Positions 30,102-39,697 of a stretch of DNA of 64,000 nt are shown one piece after another. Each line of letters starts with the position of its first letter. Position 1 is the stretch's first letter. The notes below the pieces were generated by a model that was given only the letters and a program-made list of their open reading frames with translations, was not told where the DNA came from and made no database searches. The position numbers and the translations under genes are program-made. The stretch spans positions 3,177,688 to 3,241,687 of the forward strand of contig CP070758.1 of assembly GCA_020348925.1 (NCBI GenBank), in the 5' to 3' direction. This stretch comes from Gemmatimonadota bacterium (GTDB lineage Bacteria > JBHIER01 > G020348925).

Positions 30102-32570
30102 ATGGTTGAAGATGAACGCCGAATAGGTGTCTTTGTTTGTGAGTGCGGAATCAATATCTCCGCCACCGTCGATTGCGATGAGGTCACCGAGTACGCGAGA
30201 ACCTTGCCCGATGTGGTCTTCTCCATCAAGAACAGATACACCTGTGCCGAACCGGGCCAGGAGGAGATCAAAAGGTTTATCAAAGAGGAGAACCTCAATC
30301 GGGTCGTCGTCGCATCCTGCACACCTCGCATGCACGAGCCGACTTTCAGACAGTGCTGCGCCGACGCCGGCCTCAACCCCTACCTCTTTGAGATGGCCAA
30401 CATCCGGGAGCACTGCAGCTGGGTGCACCACGACAGAAAAGAGGCCACGAAAAAGGCGAAGGATACGATCAAGTTGGCCGTGGCACGGGCGAGAAAACTT
30501 GAATCACAGGAGGAGCTGACAGTCCCCGTCACCCAGGCCGCCCTCGTTGTCGGAGGCGGCATAGCCGGAATGCAGGCTTCCCTGGACCTGGCAGATGCCG
30601 GCTATCAAGTTTATCTTGTCGAGAAGGAGCCGACCATTGGGGGGTTGATGTCTTATATCAATAAGATCTTCCCCACAATGGACTGAGCGATATGAATCCT
30701 CGGTCCGAGGATGATGGATGTCGGTCGACATCCCAAGATTGAACTTCTCACTTATTCGGAAATAGAAAACGTCACCGGTTACATCGGCAATTTTCATGTC
30801 AATGTTCGCAAGAAGGCCAGGTATGTGGATGAGGACGCCTGCACCGCCTGTGAAAAATGTGCCGAGGTGTGTCCTGTTGTGGCCTTCGACGAGCATCAAT
30901 TGGGATTGGCCTCGAGGAAAGCCATATATATTCCCTTCCCCCAGTCTGTCCCGGCCTCATACCTCATCAACATGGAGGATTGTCTCGGCACCAATCCGAT
31001 TGCCTGCGGGAAATGTTTGGAGGTCTGTGATCCGAAGTGCATTGATTACGACGAGAAAGACAGTATCATCGAACTCGACGTCGGGGTCATCATTGTGGCC
31101 ACGGGAATGGATGTGATCGACCCGACCGTTCTGGATGAATACCATTACACGGAGTTCGAAAATGTCATGACTTCCTGGGAGTTCGAGATCCTGACAGGTC
31201 CCGGCTATGTGACCGGCAGCGAACTTCTCAGACCGACCGACCGCAAGGTTCCAAAATCCATCGGGTTTATCCAGTGCGTCGGTTCTCGGGACGATAAGAG
31301 AGGCCATCCTTACTGCAGCAACATCTGTTGCATGAATACGGTCAAAGACACCCTCTACCTCAAGGAACATTACCCCGATATGGAATGCTACGTCTACTAC
31401 ATGGACATCCGAACCTTCGGAAAGCAATACGAAGACCTGTATAAACGCAGCAAGGAGATGGGCGTCAGGTACATCAGAGGCATCCCCGGTGACGTCGAGG
31501 AGGACCCGGAGACCAAGAACGTGATAGTGGCTGTGGAGAACACGACCACCGGAAAGCTTGAACATCACGAGCTGGATATGCTGGTGCTATCCGTCGGCGT
31601 CGAACCGCGGGTCGAGACGGCGGATATTCAGAAAATCTTGACCCTCTCGAAAGCCCCCGACGGTTTCCTGGCGGAAAGCCACTACCAGCTCAATCCCATC
31701 GATTCGCCGACCGGAGGCATCTTCCTAGCCGGATGCTGTGAATCACCCAAGGACGTGAAGGGATCCGTCACCCAGGCATCCGGTGCGGCAGCACGGGCGG
31801 AGCGGCTCCTCAGTCAGCGGAGGGTCAAGGTGGAGGCCATCACCTCCGAGATCGATCCGGATCTGTGCACCTCGTGCGGTATCTGCGTGAAAGTCTGTCC
31901 CTATAAAGCCATCCGGATCGAAAAGAAGAAGGCTCCGGCGGAAGTTATTGAGGCGGCGTGCAAAGGGTGTGGCACCTGCGCTGCAGAGTGCAAGTTCGGA
32001 GCCATCACCATGAAACACTTCACCGACGATCAGATCCTCTCCATGATCGATGCCATGCTCGAGGAGAAACCGGAGGAGAAGATCTGCACCTTTGCCTGCA
32101 ACTGGTGCTCCTATGCCGGGGCGGATCTCGCAGGCCTCTCGAGAATCCAGTACCCGCCCAATGCGAGGATCATACGAACGATGTGCAGCGGCCGCGTGGA
32201 TGAAAAATTCATCTGGTACGCTTTTCAGAAAGGTGCTCCGGTGGTCCTGGTTTCAGGTTGCCATTTCGTTGACTGCCACTACATCGATGCCAACAGGTGG
32301 ACCCAGAAGCGGATTGAAAAAATATGGGACAAGCTGGAACAGAAGGGTATTCGCCCCGAGCGGTTGCAGCTCGAGTGGTGCTCAGCTGCCGAAGCCAAGA
32401 GATGGCAAAGCATAATGCGTGCGGCCGAAAACTTGAGAAAAACAGTATCAAAGCAAGAGATTGAGGAGACGATACGGATCCTCAGCAATGGAGACAAACC
32501 AAAAACAAAGGCGAAGGCTGAGGCGAAGGGCAAGAAGAAGCCCAAAGTGACAGCCGCTTCATCGGAATAA
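30102..32570 (+). CDS. hdrA: HdrA-MvhD fusion selenoprotein (822 aa, Sec195 and Sec198)
   Basis: The ORF-track pieces 30102-30686 and 30711-32570 join in frame through [29 protein letters not shown]-terminal RIGVFVCECG, FAD motif, QCVGSR, and C-terminal MvhD motifs (FACNWCSYAGAD, MCSGRV, GCHFVDCHY). Confidence 0.9.
30696..30733 (+). promoter_or_regulatory. Tandem SECIS-like hairpins after the UGA pair
   Basis: ATCCTCG-GTC-CGAGGAT (30696-30712) and GGATGTC-GGTC-GACATCC (30716-30733). Confidence 0.72.
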
Positions 32571-32593
32571 ACGAAGAGAGGAGAAAGTCGTCT

Positions 32594-32728
32594 ATGGCTG
32601 AAGAAGCGAAGTTCAAGTGTTTGCGATGCGGACATGAATATACGGACACATACACACCCGGAGTTCCCCAGGAACGGACCTGTCCAAAATGCACGAGCAA
32701 CAGTGTCCGCCGGATGAAAGAGAAATAA
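32594..32728 (+). CDS. 44-aa zinc-ribbon/rubredoxin-like protein
   Basis: MAEEAKFKCLRCGHEYTDTYTPGVPQERTCPKCTSNSVRRMKEK with two CxxC motifs and a GAGGAG RBS. Below the ORF-track cutoff. Confidence 0.8.
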   Translation: MAEEAKFKCLRCGHEYTDTYTPGVPQERTCPKCTSNSVRRMKEK

Positions 32729-32752
32729 ATCCCAAATACAAAGAAAAGAGGC

Positions 32753-32971
32753 ATGACTGAAAAAACTGCGAAGAAGAAGAGATCTCGCATCGTTGTGAAG
32801 AGAGAGTGGTGTAAAAACTGCGCTATCTGTGTCGAATTCTGTCCGAAAGACGTCTTGGTCATGAAGGATGGATTCCCGGAAGTGGTCCATATTGAAAATT
32901 GTACGCTGTGCCAACTGTGCGAGCTGCGGTGTCCTGATTTTGCTATTGAAGTGTACGAAGATGAGACTTGA
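32753..32971 (+). CDS. korD: 2x[4Fe-4S] ferredoxin, delta subunit (set 2)
   Basis: CKNCAICVEFCP and CTLCQLCELRCPDFAI. Confidence 0.92.
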   Translation: MTEKTAKKKRSRIVVKREWCKNCAICVEFCPKDVLVMKDGFPEVVHIENCTLCQLCELRCPDFAIEVYEDET

Positions 32972-32996
32972 TTCTACATAAACCAACTGGAGACTC

Positions 32997-34142
32997 ATGG
33001 TAACGAAAGAAAAAAACCGAATACGAGTGATGACGGGCAATGAGGCCTGTGCGGAGGGTGCTCTGGCCGCGGGTTGTCGCTTTTTCGCCGGTTACCCCAT
33101 AACCCCTTCTTCAGAGATCGCTGAGATCCTGTCGCGGGAACTTCCGAAAGTTGGCGGTAAGTTCATTCAGATGGAGGATGAGATCGCTGCCATGGGCGCC
33201 GTCATCGGTGCTTCCCTTGCCGGATCCAAATCCCTGACGGCTACGAGCGGACCGGGCTTCTCGCTGAAACAGGAGAATATCGGATACGCATCGATGGCCG
33301 AAGTCCCGTGCGTCATCGTCAACGTCATGAGAGGCGGACCGAGCACAGGGTTGCCGACCCTTCCCTCGCAAAGTGACGTCATGCAGGCCCGCTGGGGCAC
33401 CCACGGAGATCATCCGATCATTGCCTTGGCACCTTCGAGCGTGCGGGAGTCTTTTGACTGGACTGTGCGAGCTTTCAACCTATCCGAAACATACCGAGTA
33501 CCGGTTGTTCTTCTCTTGGATGAAATTGTCGGCCATACCAGTGAAAAAGTTGTGCTTCCGGATACGAGCGAGATACAAATTGTGGAGCGCCAAAAGGGTG
33601 ATCCGAAAAACAAGGATTACCTCCCCTATAAACAGACGGAATCGGATATTCCCCCCATGATCAGTTTCGGAGAGGGCATACGGTTTCACGTCACAGGTCT
33701 CTGTCACGATGAAACAGGATTCCCAACCAACGATTCCCAAAAGATCGACCTTCTGCTCCGTCGGCTCAATCGGAAAATCGAGCGTTATCGTGACCAGATC
33801 ACCGACAACCAAAGGGATCAACTCGATGACGCGGATGTGGCCGTCTTTGCTTACGGTTCAACGTCCCGCTCTGCCCGCTGGGCTGTTCGCCGAGCCCGGG
33901 AAGAGGGTCTTCGTGTCGGTCTGTTTCGACCGATCGTCCTATGGCCATTTCCTGAGGATGAAGTGTTCTCCATCGCTCAAAAAGTGCATCACATCATTGT
34001 TCCGGAGATGAACCTGGGACAGATGGCTCACGAGGTGGAATGGGCCAGCCGAGGTTCGACCGACGTTATTCGAATCAACCGTATTGATGGTGATCCTGTG
34101 CGACCACAGGTCATCCTCGAAAAAATCAAAGAGGTTGCTTAG
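32997..34142 (+). CDS. korA: 2-oxoacid:ferredoxin oxidoreductase alpha subunit (set 2)
   Basis: AGYPITPSSE, QMEDEIA, TSGPGFSLKQE and RGGPSTGLPT motifs. Confidence 0.94.
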   Translation: MVTKEKNRIRVMTGNEACAEGALAAGCRFFAGYPITPSSEIAEILSRELPKVGGKFIQMEDEIAAMGAVIGASLAGSKSLTATSGPGFSLKQENIGYASMAEVPCVIVNVMRGGPSTGLPTLPSQSDVMQARWGTHGDHPIIALAPSSVRESFDWTVRAFNLSETYRVPVVLLLDEIVGHTSEKVVLPDTSEIQIVERQKGDPKNKDYLPYKQTESDIPPMISFGEGIRFHVTGLCHDETGFPTNDSQKIDLLLRRLNRKIERYRDQITDNQRDQLDDADVAVFAYGSTSRSARWAVRRAREEGLRVGLFRPIVLWPFPEDEVFSIAQKVHHIIVPEMNLGQMAHEVEWASRGSTDVIRINRIDGDPVRPQVILEKIKEVA

Positions 34143-34143
34143 C

Positions 34144-34953
34144 ATGTTTGATTACGGAGCCTATTTGCGCAAAGACAAATTTCCACTTATTTGGTGTTCC
34201 GGCTGCGGCGATGGAATTGCCCTGAAGGCAATGCTGCGGGCCATCGATCGGATCGGCCTCTCGAAAGATGAAATCGTCATGGTTTCCGGCATCGGTTGCT
34301 CGAGCCGGCTGCCCGGTTACGTCGATTTCAACACGCTGCACACCACTCACGGTCGAGCGATTGCTTTCGCCACCGGTGTAAAGATGGCCAAACCGGAGCT
34401 TACCGTCATCGTGGTTACCGGCGACGGTGATGCTACAGCCATAGGTGGAAATCATTATATACATGCGGCACGACGAAATATCGATCTGACGGTGATTCTA
34501 TTCAACAACTGGATCTACGGCATGACAGGCGGTCAAGTTTCCCCCACAACTCCCTTTGGCAAACGAGCCAGCACTGCTCCCTACGGCAGTACGGAAAACG
34601 CTTTCAACATCAGCGGTCTGGCCGAAGCTGCCGGGGCCAGTTTCGTCGCCAGAGAAACAGTATTCAGACCACAGGTTCTGGACAAGTTTATTGAAAAGGC
34701 TATCCGGAAAAAGGGATTTTCGGTCGTGGAGGTCTTCACACCCTGTCCGACAACATACGGTCGCCGGAACAAAATGCGGTCTGTCATAGAAATGATGAAT
34801 TGGCTCAAGGATCATGCTGTTCCGAAGAGCCGTGCCGAGAAAATGGACCCGCAAGAGCTGGAGGAAAAAATCATCACCGGAGTGCTTGTCGACCTCGATC
34901 TCCCCGAATACACCGAAGAGTATCAAAAGCTAATCGATCGAGTCAAGTCATAA
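34144..34953 (+). CDS. korB: 2-oxoacid:ferredoxin oxidoreductase beta subunit (set 2)
   Basis: WCSGCG, SGIGCSSR, HTTHGRA, GDGD...NN and YGMTGGQ motifs. Confidence 0.94.
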   Translation: MFDYGAYLRKDKFPLIWCSGCGDGIALKAMLRAIDRIGLSKDEIVMVSGIGCSSRLPGYVDFNTLHTTHGRAIAFATGVKMAKPELTVIVVTGDGDATAIGGNHYIHAARRNIDLTVILFNNWIYGMTGGQVSPTTPFGKRASTAPYGSTENAFNISGLAEAAGASFVARETVFRPQVLDKFIEKAIRKKGFSVVEVFTPCPTTYGRRNKMRSVIEMMNWLKDHAVPKSRAEKMDPQELEEKIITGVLVDLDLPEYTEEYQKLIDRVKS

Positions 34954-35046
34954 AACCGAATAACTGGTTTCGAAGGGAACGCAATAAACGAGGGAGGGGA
35001 AGAATCAGTTATTTTTTTATCTTTAATTACAGATAAGGAGAACGAC

Positions 35047-35592
35047 ATGAGCTTTCGAACCGAAATCCGACTAAGCGGTGAGGGTGGCCAGGGATTGGTT
35101 TTGGCTGGGAAAGTCTTGGCCGAAGCAGCGGCCATATATGACGACAAGAACGCTACCCAAAGCCAATCCTACGGCCCTGAGGCGCGAGGAGGTGCGAGCC
35201 GTTCGGAGGTCATCATCTCCGATGATGAGATCGACTACCCCAAAGCGGTCAATTTGGATCTGCTCTTGGCCCTGACCCAGGAGTCCTGCAGTCGATATTG
35301 GAAGGATTTAAAGGACGACGGTATACTCCTCGTCGATTCAGATTCAGTCAAGGACATTCCTGAGGGTTCGTTCAAAGTATTCAAGGTACCGATCATTGCT
35401 ATCGCAGAGCAGGAAGTCGGAAAAGCTCTGGTGGCAAATATCGTTGCCCTTGGGATCATCACCGGCCTGGCCAAGGTCGTCTCCGAGGAGGCAGTGGAAG
35501 CGGCAATCCTGGCGAGAGTCCCGAAGGGCACCGAGGAACTCAATGTGAAAGCCTTCAAAGCCGGATTACAGGCAGCCAAAGATCTCAGTTAA
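35047..35592 (+). CDS. korC: 2-oxoacid:ferredoxin oxidoreductase gamma subunit (set 2)
   Basis: EIRLSGEGGQG and QSYGPEARGGAS motifs. Confidence 0.94.
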   Translation: MSFRTEIRLSGEGGQGLVLAGKVLAEAAAIYDDKNATQSQSYGPEARGGASRSEVIISDDEIDYPKAVNLDLLLALTQESCSRYWKDLKDDGILLVDSDSVKDIPEGSFKVFKVPIIAIAEQEVGKALVANIVALGIITGLAKVVSEEAVEAAILARVPKGTEELNVKAFKAGLQAAKDLS

Positions 35593-35620
35593 GAGGAAAA
35601 TCACTTCCGAGGAAAAGAAC

Positions 35621-38600
35621 ATGTTCGATCCCTACACTCGACTCGAGGCCCGAGTCGGAGAACTGGGTAACCATCACCGAAAATATCTGAAGAACATATC
35701 AGCGCATAAGGACACGTTGATCGATCGCCTGGAAGCCTGCGGTAAGATCGATCAGGTCCACTTCCGCCTGACCGCCCCCGATCTCGCCAGCGAAATGGAC
35801 ACGGTCATGGCCGTTGGCCGGAATGTGGAGGAGAAACTTACCTTTCTGGGCTGCTATTATGCCCTCCAGTTCCTCAACATGAACATCAGTGCCATCGATG
35901 TGCTTGCCCTCAATCTGGCAACTTCGGACGACAGGTATACCGTCTACAAAGGATTCATGAGACAGATTGGGAATGAGTTCAGGGCGCTAACCGCCTGTCA
36001 CATGGATAAGCTCCTGAATCTCTTTCTCGACAAGAACGGCACCCCGGAATATGTGATCTGCGGGGTCGGCACGCGGGCCGATCAGGATGATATTGATGTG
36101 GGGATTATTGATGATGGATCGCGAAAACGAAAAGATCTTAACCTCGCCGTTGGTCGACTCCAGCACAGTATGCTCAAGCAGTCGGTTCCCCTCCACCTCT
36201 ACCTCTCCGAACATGTCGGAACGCAGAGTTATTCCGCCTCGATCGCGGAGTATAACGACCTCCTCAAAAAAGAGATACAGGATTTCGTCATTATCACTGA
36301 GATGCTCGGGGCAGCCCCCATCACCGGAAGCAACCATCTCTTTCGAAAATTCAGACGGGAGGTCACCCAGCGCTATTACTATCAGCGACAAGGTGACAAC
36401 CGTTTCCATGAAGGCTATTTGCGGGGCCTGCTGGGCGAGGTCAGATCGCTCTTGATCAGGAGGATGAAGACGAACAGTATCAATCCCAAGGACGACGGTT
36501 TGCGGATGCTCAAGGGACTCCTCTTTGCAGGCAAATCCATTTTCAACATTCGAAAAGTCAATGCCTGGGATATTTTAAAACAGTTGGGGGAACGCGATCC
36601 CGACCATACGGAGATATTTCAAACTCTCGACAGATCCCTCACTTTTCTGGAAATGTTCAGATTTCTCTATCAGCTCTTCGTTGTTCAAGAGGACGAAATT
36701 TATGTGGGTGGAGAGGACACCATTTCGAACTTGCAATCCGTAGCCAAAGCCATGGGCTACCAGGATGTTGGGGTCATCAAAGCCTGGGATCACCTGCTCA
36801 TCCACTACTATGAGCATATAGACGGCATAAAAGATCCCATCGAAATTCTTCTCAAGGACGTAATACGACATCTGGAGCGAATAAGTGTCTTCTCGGTAAT
36901 GCTCAGCACACGTCAGCTTGAAACACAGTACGAGGGGAATTTGGTTATAGATTTTCTAAAGGCTTCCCGTTTTTTCAGGGGGACGAAATTCTGGGACGAT
37001 GTTCTGGGAGCCCTTGAAACAGGAGATGGACAACTTTTGGAGCGATTCGTAACCGACTTCAACTCCCTGGACACAGAACGAAGGATCAAATGGATCGCTC
37101 AGTACGCAGACTGGAGCAACTATGCTTTTATGGTCCTCATGAGGCTGCTCGTCATCCTGTATCAAAACAGGAAAAAGGTTGCTTCAGAAAAACTTTTTAA
37201 CGAACTCAACGAAGCTTCACTGGAGGCGCTGAGCCAGAGTCATGATGTTATTCACAGAATAACCCGTATCTTCAACCATTATCCGAAACTGGTCAATAAT
37301 TACTTGTTGGCACTATCCGAGGAAGATCAACTCAGGTTTAAGAAGCTCCTTGAGGGAAATGTCTGGGAGGAGGAAGTGGCTCAGTTGAGAGATCACCTGG
37401 TGAATCTCTGTCAGCTTCATTGTTGTAGTAATAGATATTTCAAACGTTTTTTTCAAAGAATTATCAATGCGTATCCTGAATACATTCAATACTTGGATAA
37501 TACGGATCGGTTAAAAGAGTTGGCCAAGGGTCTTTTCGGGAAGATCGATAATCTGAAAACCTTTCGCGAAAAAAAAGATCAGCTTGGGCATTATCATGAT
37601 ATCGAATTCTTTCGGGTGGGCCTTGAGACATTGGCCGGTGCTCCTATAGAACAAACCAACGCCGAGTTCACGGAATTTTCAGACAACTATCTTCAAACGC
37701 TTTTCGATATCTGTAAGCAGGAGGTGGAACAGGAACGCGAGGGAAAATTGAAGACGGAAGATCTCTTGGCCGTCTTTGCGGCAGGCGGACATGCCCGGGA
37801 ACAAGCTTTCGATGATGACTACGATATTATTGTTCTTCTGAATTCAAGCGATGAAGCCTTGAGAAAAAAATGTACAACCATCATCAGTAAGATGAATACC
37901 GAGCTTGTCAAACGGGGAACACTCCCCCACTTCCGTTTTGCGGAGCGGTACGGCCACTACGTCACACTTTTTTCAGAACTCGAAGAACTCTTCGAAAGTA
38001 ATAAAGAGGATTCATTTATCGACAAATCCCAAATTCTCGGAGCAAGAATGGTCGTGGGCAGCCGGAGATTCGGAAAAGCTTTTGAACAATTGATCATACA
38101 ACCCCATATATACAATAAGAAAGATACCTATATTCAGCAGATGGCACAGGAGATTTTTGCTCGCCATGTGAATGAAAACGGGGTCAAGGAAGATGGTTTC
38201 AACATCAAAGAGAATAGCGGAGGACTCCGTGATATTGAAATGGTGATGCTCATGTACAAAGCAGCTCTTCATATTCAGACCCCCGTATCTATGAAATTGT
38301 TCGATGAGCTATCGGACAAGATTCCAGACAAAGGTTCTGAGCTGAAGCGGTTGTCCGGAATCTTCTCTTTTCTGAAACGCCTGCGCGACATATACCGCCT
38401 TACGGTGGCTGCCGAAGATACCATATACCTTCAAAACCTCGATAGGGTATCACCCATTATGAATTTTAAGGATTCGTCGACACAGAGCGCTTCCCAGCAA
38501 CTCATGATGGCATACAGAGAGAATATGAAACAGGGATGGTCTCTTGTTTCGGAGTTTATCTCGGATATCGGGCATCACCCTGCACGTGAGATAAGGGATA

Positions 38601-38626
38601 CCGCAATCCAAGAGAACACCCCATGA
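35621..38626 (+). CDS. Divergent GlnE/GlnD-like protein with two nucleotidyltransferase modules
   Basis: CGVGTRADQDDIDVGII...INPKDDGLRMLK and FAAGGHAREQAFDDDYDIIVL...NIKENSGGLRDIE, in a 1001-aa protein of GlnE-like size. Confidence 0.7.
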   Translation: MFDPYTRLEARVGELGNHHRKYLKNISAHKDTLIDRLEACGKIDQVHFRLTAPDLASEMDTVMAVGRNVEEKLTFLGCYYALQFLNMNISAIDVLALNLATSDDRYTVYKGFMRQIGNEFRALTACHMDKLLNLFLDKNGTPEYVICGVGTRADQDDIDVGIIDDGSRKRKDLNLAVGRLQHSMLKQSVPLHLYLSEHVGTQSYSASIAEYNDLLKKEIQDFVIITEMLGAAPITGSNHLFRKFRREVTQRYYYQRQGDNRFHEGYLRGLLGEVRSLLIRRMKTNSINPKDDGLRMLKGLLFAGKSIFNIRKVNAWDILKQLGERDPDHTEIFQTLDRSLTFLEMFRFLYQLFVVQEDEIYVGGEDTISNLQSVAKAMGYQDVGVIKAWDHLLIHYYEHIDGIKDPIEILLKDVIRHLERISVFSVMLSTRQLETQYEGNLVIDFLKASRFFRGTKFWDDVLGALETGDGQLLERFVTDFNSLDTERRIKWIAQYADWSNYAFMVLMRLLVILYQNRKKVASEKLFNELNEASLEALSQSHDVIHRITRIFNHYPKLVNNYLLALSEEDQLRFKKLLEGNVWEEEVAQLRDHLVNLCQLHCCSNRYFKRFFQRIINAYPEYIQYLDNTDRLKELAKGLFGKIDNLKTFREKKDQLGHYHDIEFFRVGLETLAGAPIEQTNAEFTEFSDNYLQTLFDICKQEVEQEREGKLKTEDLLAVFAAGGHAREQAFDDDYDIIVLLNSSDEALRKKCTTIISKMNTELVKRGTLPHFRFAERYGHYVTLFSELEELFESNKEDSFIDKSQILGARMVVGSRRFGKAFEQLIIQPHIYNKKDTYIQQMAQEIFARHVNENGVKEDGFNIKENSGGLRDIEMVMLMYKAALHIQTPVSMKLFDELSDKIPDKGSELKRLSGIFSFLKRLRDIYRLTVAAEDTIYLQNLDRVSPIMNFKDSSTQSASQQLMMAYRENMKQGWSLVSEFISDIGHHPAREIRDTAIQENTP

Positions 38627-38695
38627 AAGAATTTTCTTGCAGAATGAGGAAGCAAACGTTATTATTTTATTTATTTTTCAGGGAGTTTGACAGTA

Positions 38696-39139
38696 ATGAT
38701 CGAACAAACACTCATGTTGATTAAACCTGATGGCGTCCGTTCAAACCGAATCGGCCAAGTCATCAGCAGAATTGAAAAGGAGGGATTTCGTATTTGTGGC
38801 ATGAAGATGCTTCGGCTTCAGCCTGAAACAGCGGCCGAATTCTATGCCGCGCATCGAGAAAAACCATTTTACGCCGATCTCCTCACTTTTATGGTTTCGG
38901 ATCGCATCGTGGCTCTCGTTCTGGAGCGAGAGGAAGCTGTGACTCGTTTGAGGGAAGTCATCGGAGCCACAGATCCGGCCGAAGCAGCTGTGGGAACGAT
39001 CCGAAAAAAATTGGCTTCAAACAAACAGGAAAACGTTGTGCATGCCTCCGACTCTTTGAGCAATGCTCAGGTAGAGACGTCTTTCTTTTTCAGCCGTGAA
39101 GAGTTACTGTCCATGCTGAAGAAATCCACCATGCCGTAA
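38696..39139 (+). CDS. ndk: Nucleoside diphosphate kinase
   Basis: EQTLMLIKPDGV, GATDP..A..GTIR and NVVHASDS motifs. Confidence 0.97.
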   Translation: MIEQTLMLIKPDGVRSNRIGQVISRIEKEGFRICGMKMLRLQPETAAEFYAAHREKPFYADLLTFMVSDRIVALVLEREEAVTRLREVIGATDPAEAAVGTIRKKLASNKQENVVHASDSLSNAQVETSFFFSREELLSMLKKSTMP

Positions 39140-39140
39140 C

Positions 39141-39653
39141 ATGTTGCACATTATGAAGATCGATATTTTCAGTTTAACAGAAGGTGAGAATTCCTTTCAG
39201 TTTGAAGTAGACCTGACACTTGTTGACCTTCCAACGGAGCTTGAGTCGGAAATGCCTCTGAAGGTGAACGCAGGAGTGACGAAAAGGGGCACCAACCTCA
39301 TCATAAAAGGCGATGTAACCTATCCGCTGAGCCTGGAATGCAATCGCTGTTTAGAGCTTTTCCAGCACAATCTGCAGGCTCCCTTGGAGGCCTACTTCGT
39401 TCTGGGGGAGAATGTCCCGGAACGAAAGGAGGACGGCGAGGTCATTCGAATATCTCACACGGATCAGAGTCTCGACCTTATCGAGATCATCCGCGAGGCC
39501 ATCCTCTTGGCTGTGCCCTACAAAGCTCTCTGTCGTGCTGATTGCAAGGGCCTCTGTTCCGTTTGCGGACGTAATCTGAACCAAGAACAATGCGATTGTA
39601 TTACCCGCAGTCCGGATCCGCGGTGGGCCGTTTTGAAGGATTTCCAGAGGTAA
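39141..39653 (+). CDS. yceD: DUF177/YceD family protein
   Basis: CNRCL and LCRADCKGLCSVCG.NLN...DPRWA.L motifs, upstream of rpmF. Confidence 0.93.
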   Translation: MLHIMKIDIFSLTEGENSFQFEVDLTLVDLPTELESEMPLKVNAGVTKRGTNLIIKGDVTYPLSLECNRCLELFQHNLQAPLEAYFVLGENVPERKEDGEVIRISHTDQSLDLIEIIREAILLAVPYKALCRADCKGLCSVCGRNLNQEQCDCITRSPDPRWAVLKDFQR

Positions 39654-39697
39654 TACGCTGCGCATTGATTTAAAAACGAAGTAAAAGGAGGAAGAAA

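Noticed and set aside
25452-30695. Genome-wide UGA reassignment (code 4/25), or hdrA pseudogenes
   Set aside because: TGA terminates many genes normally (arcC, sucC, sucD, fabG). The internal TGAs fall only on conserved Cys positions and have SECIS-like hairpins, which fits Sec rather than recoding or decay.
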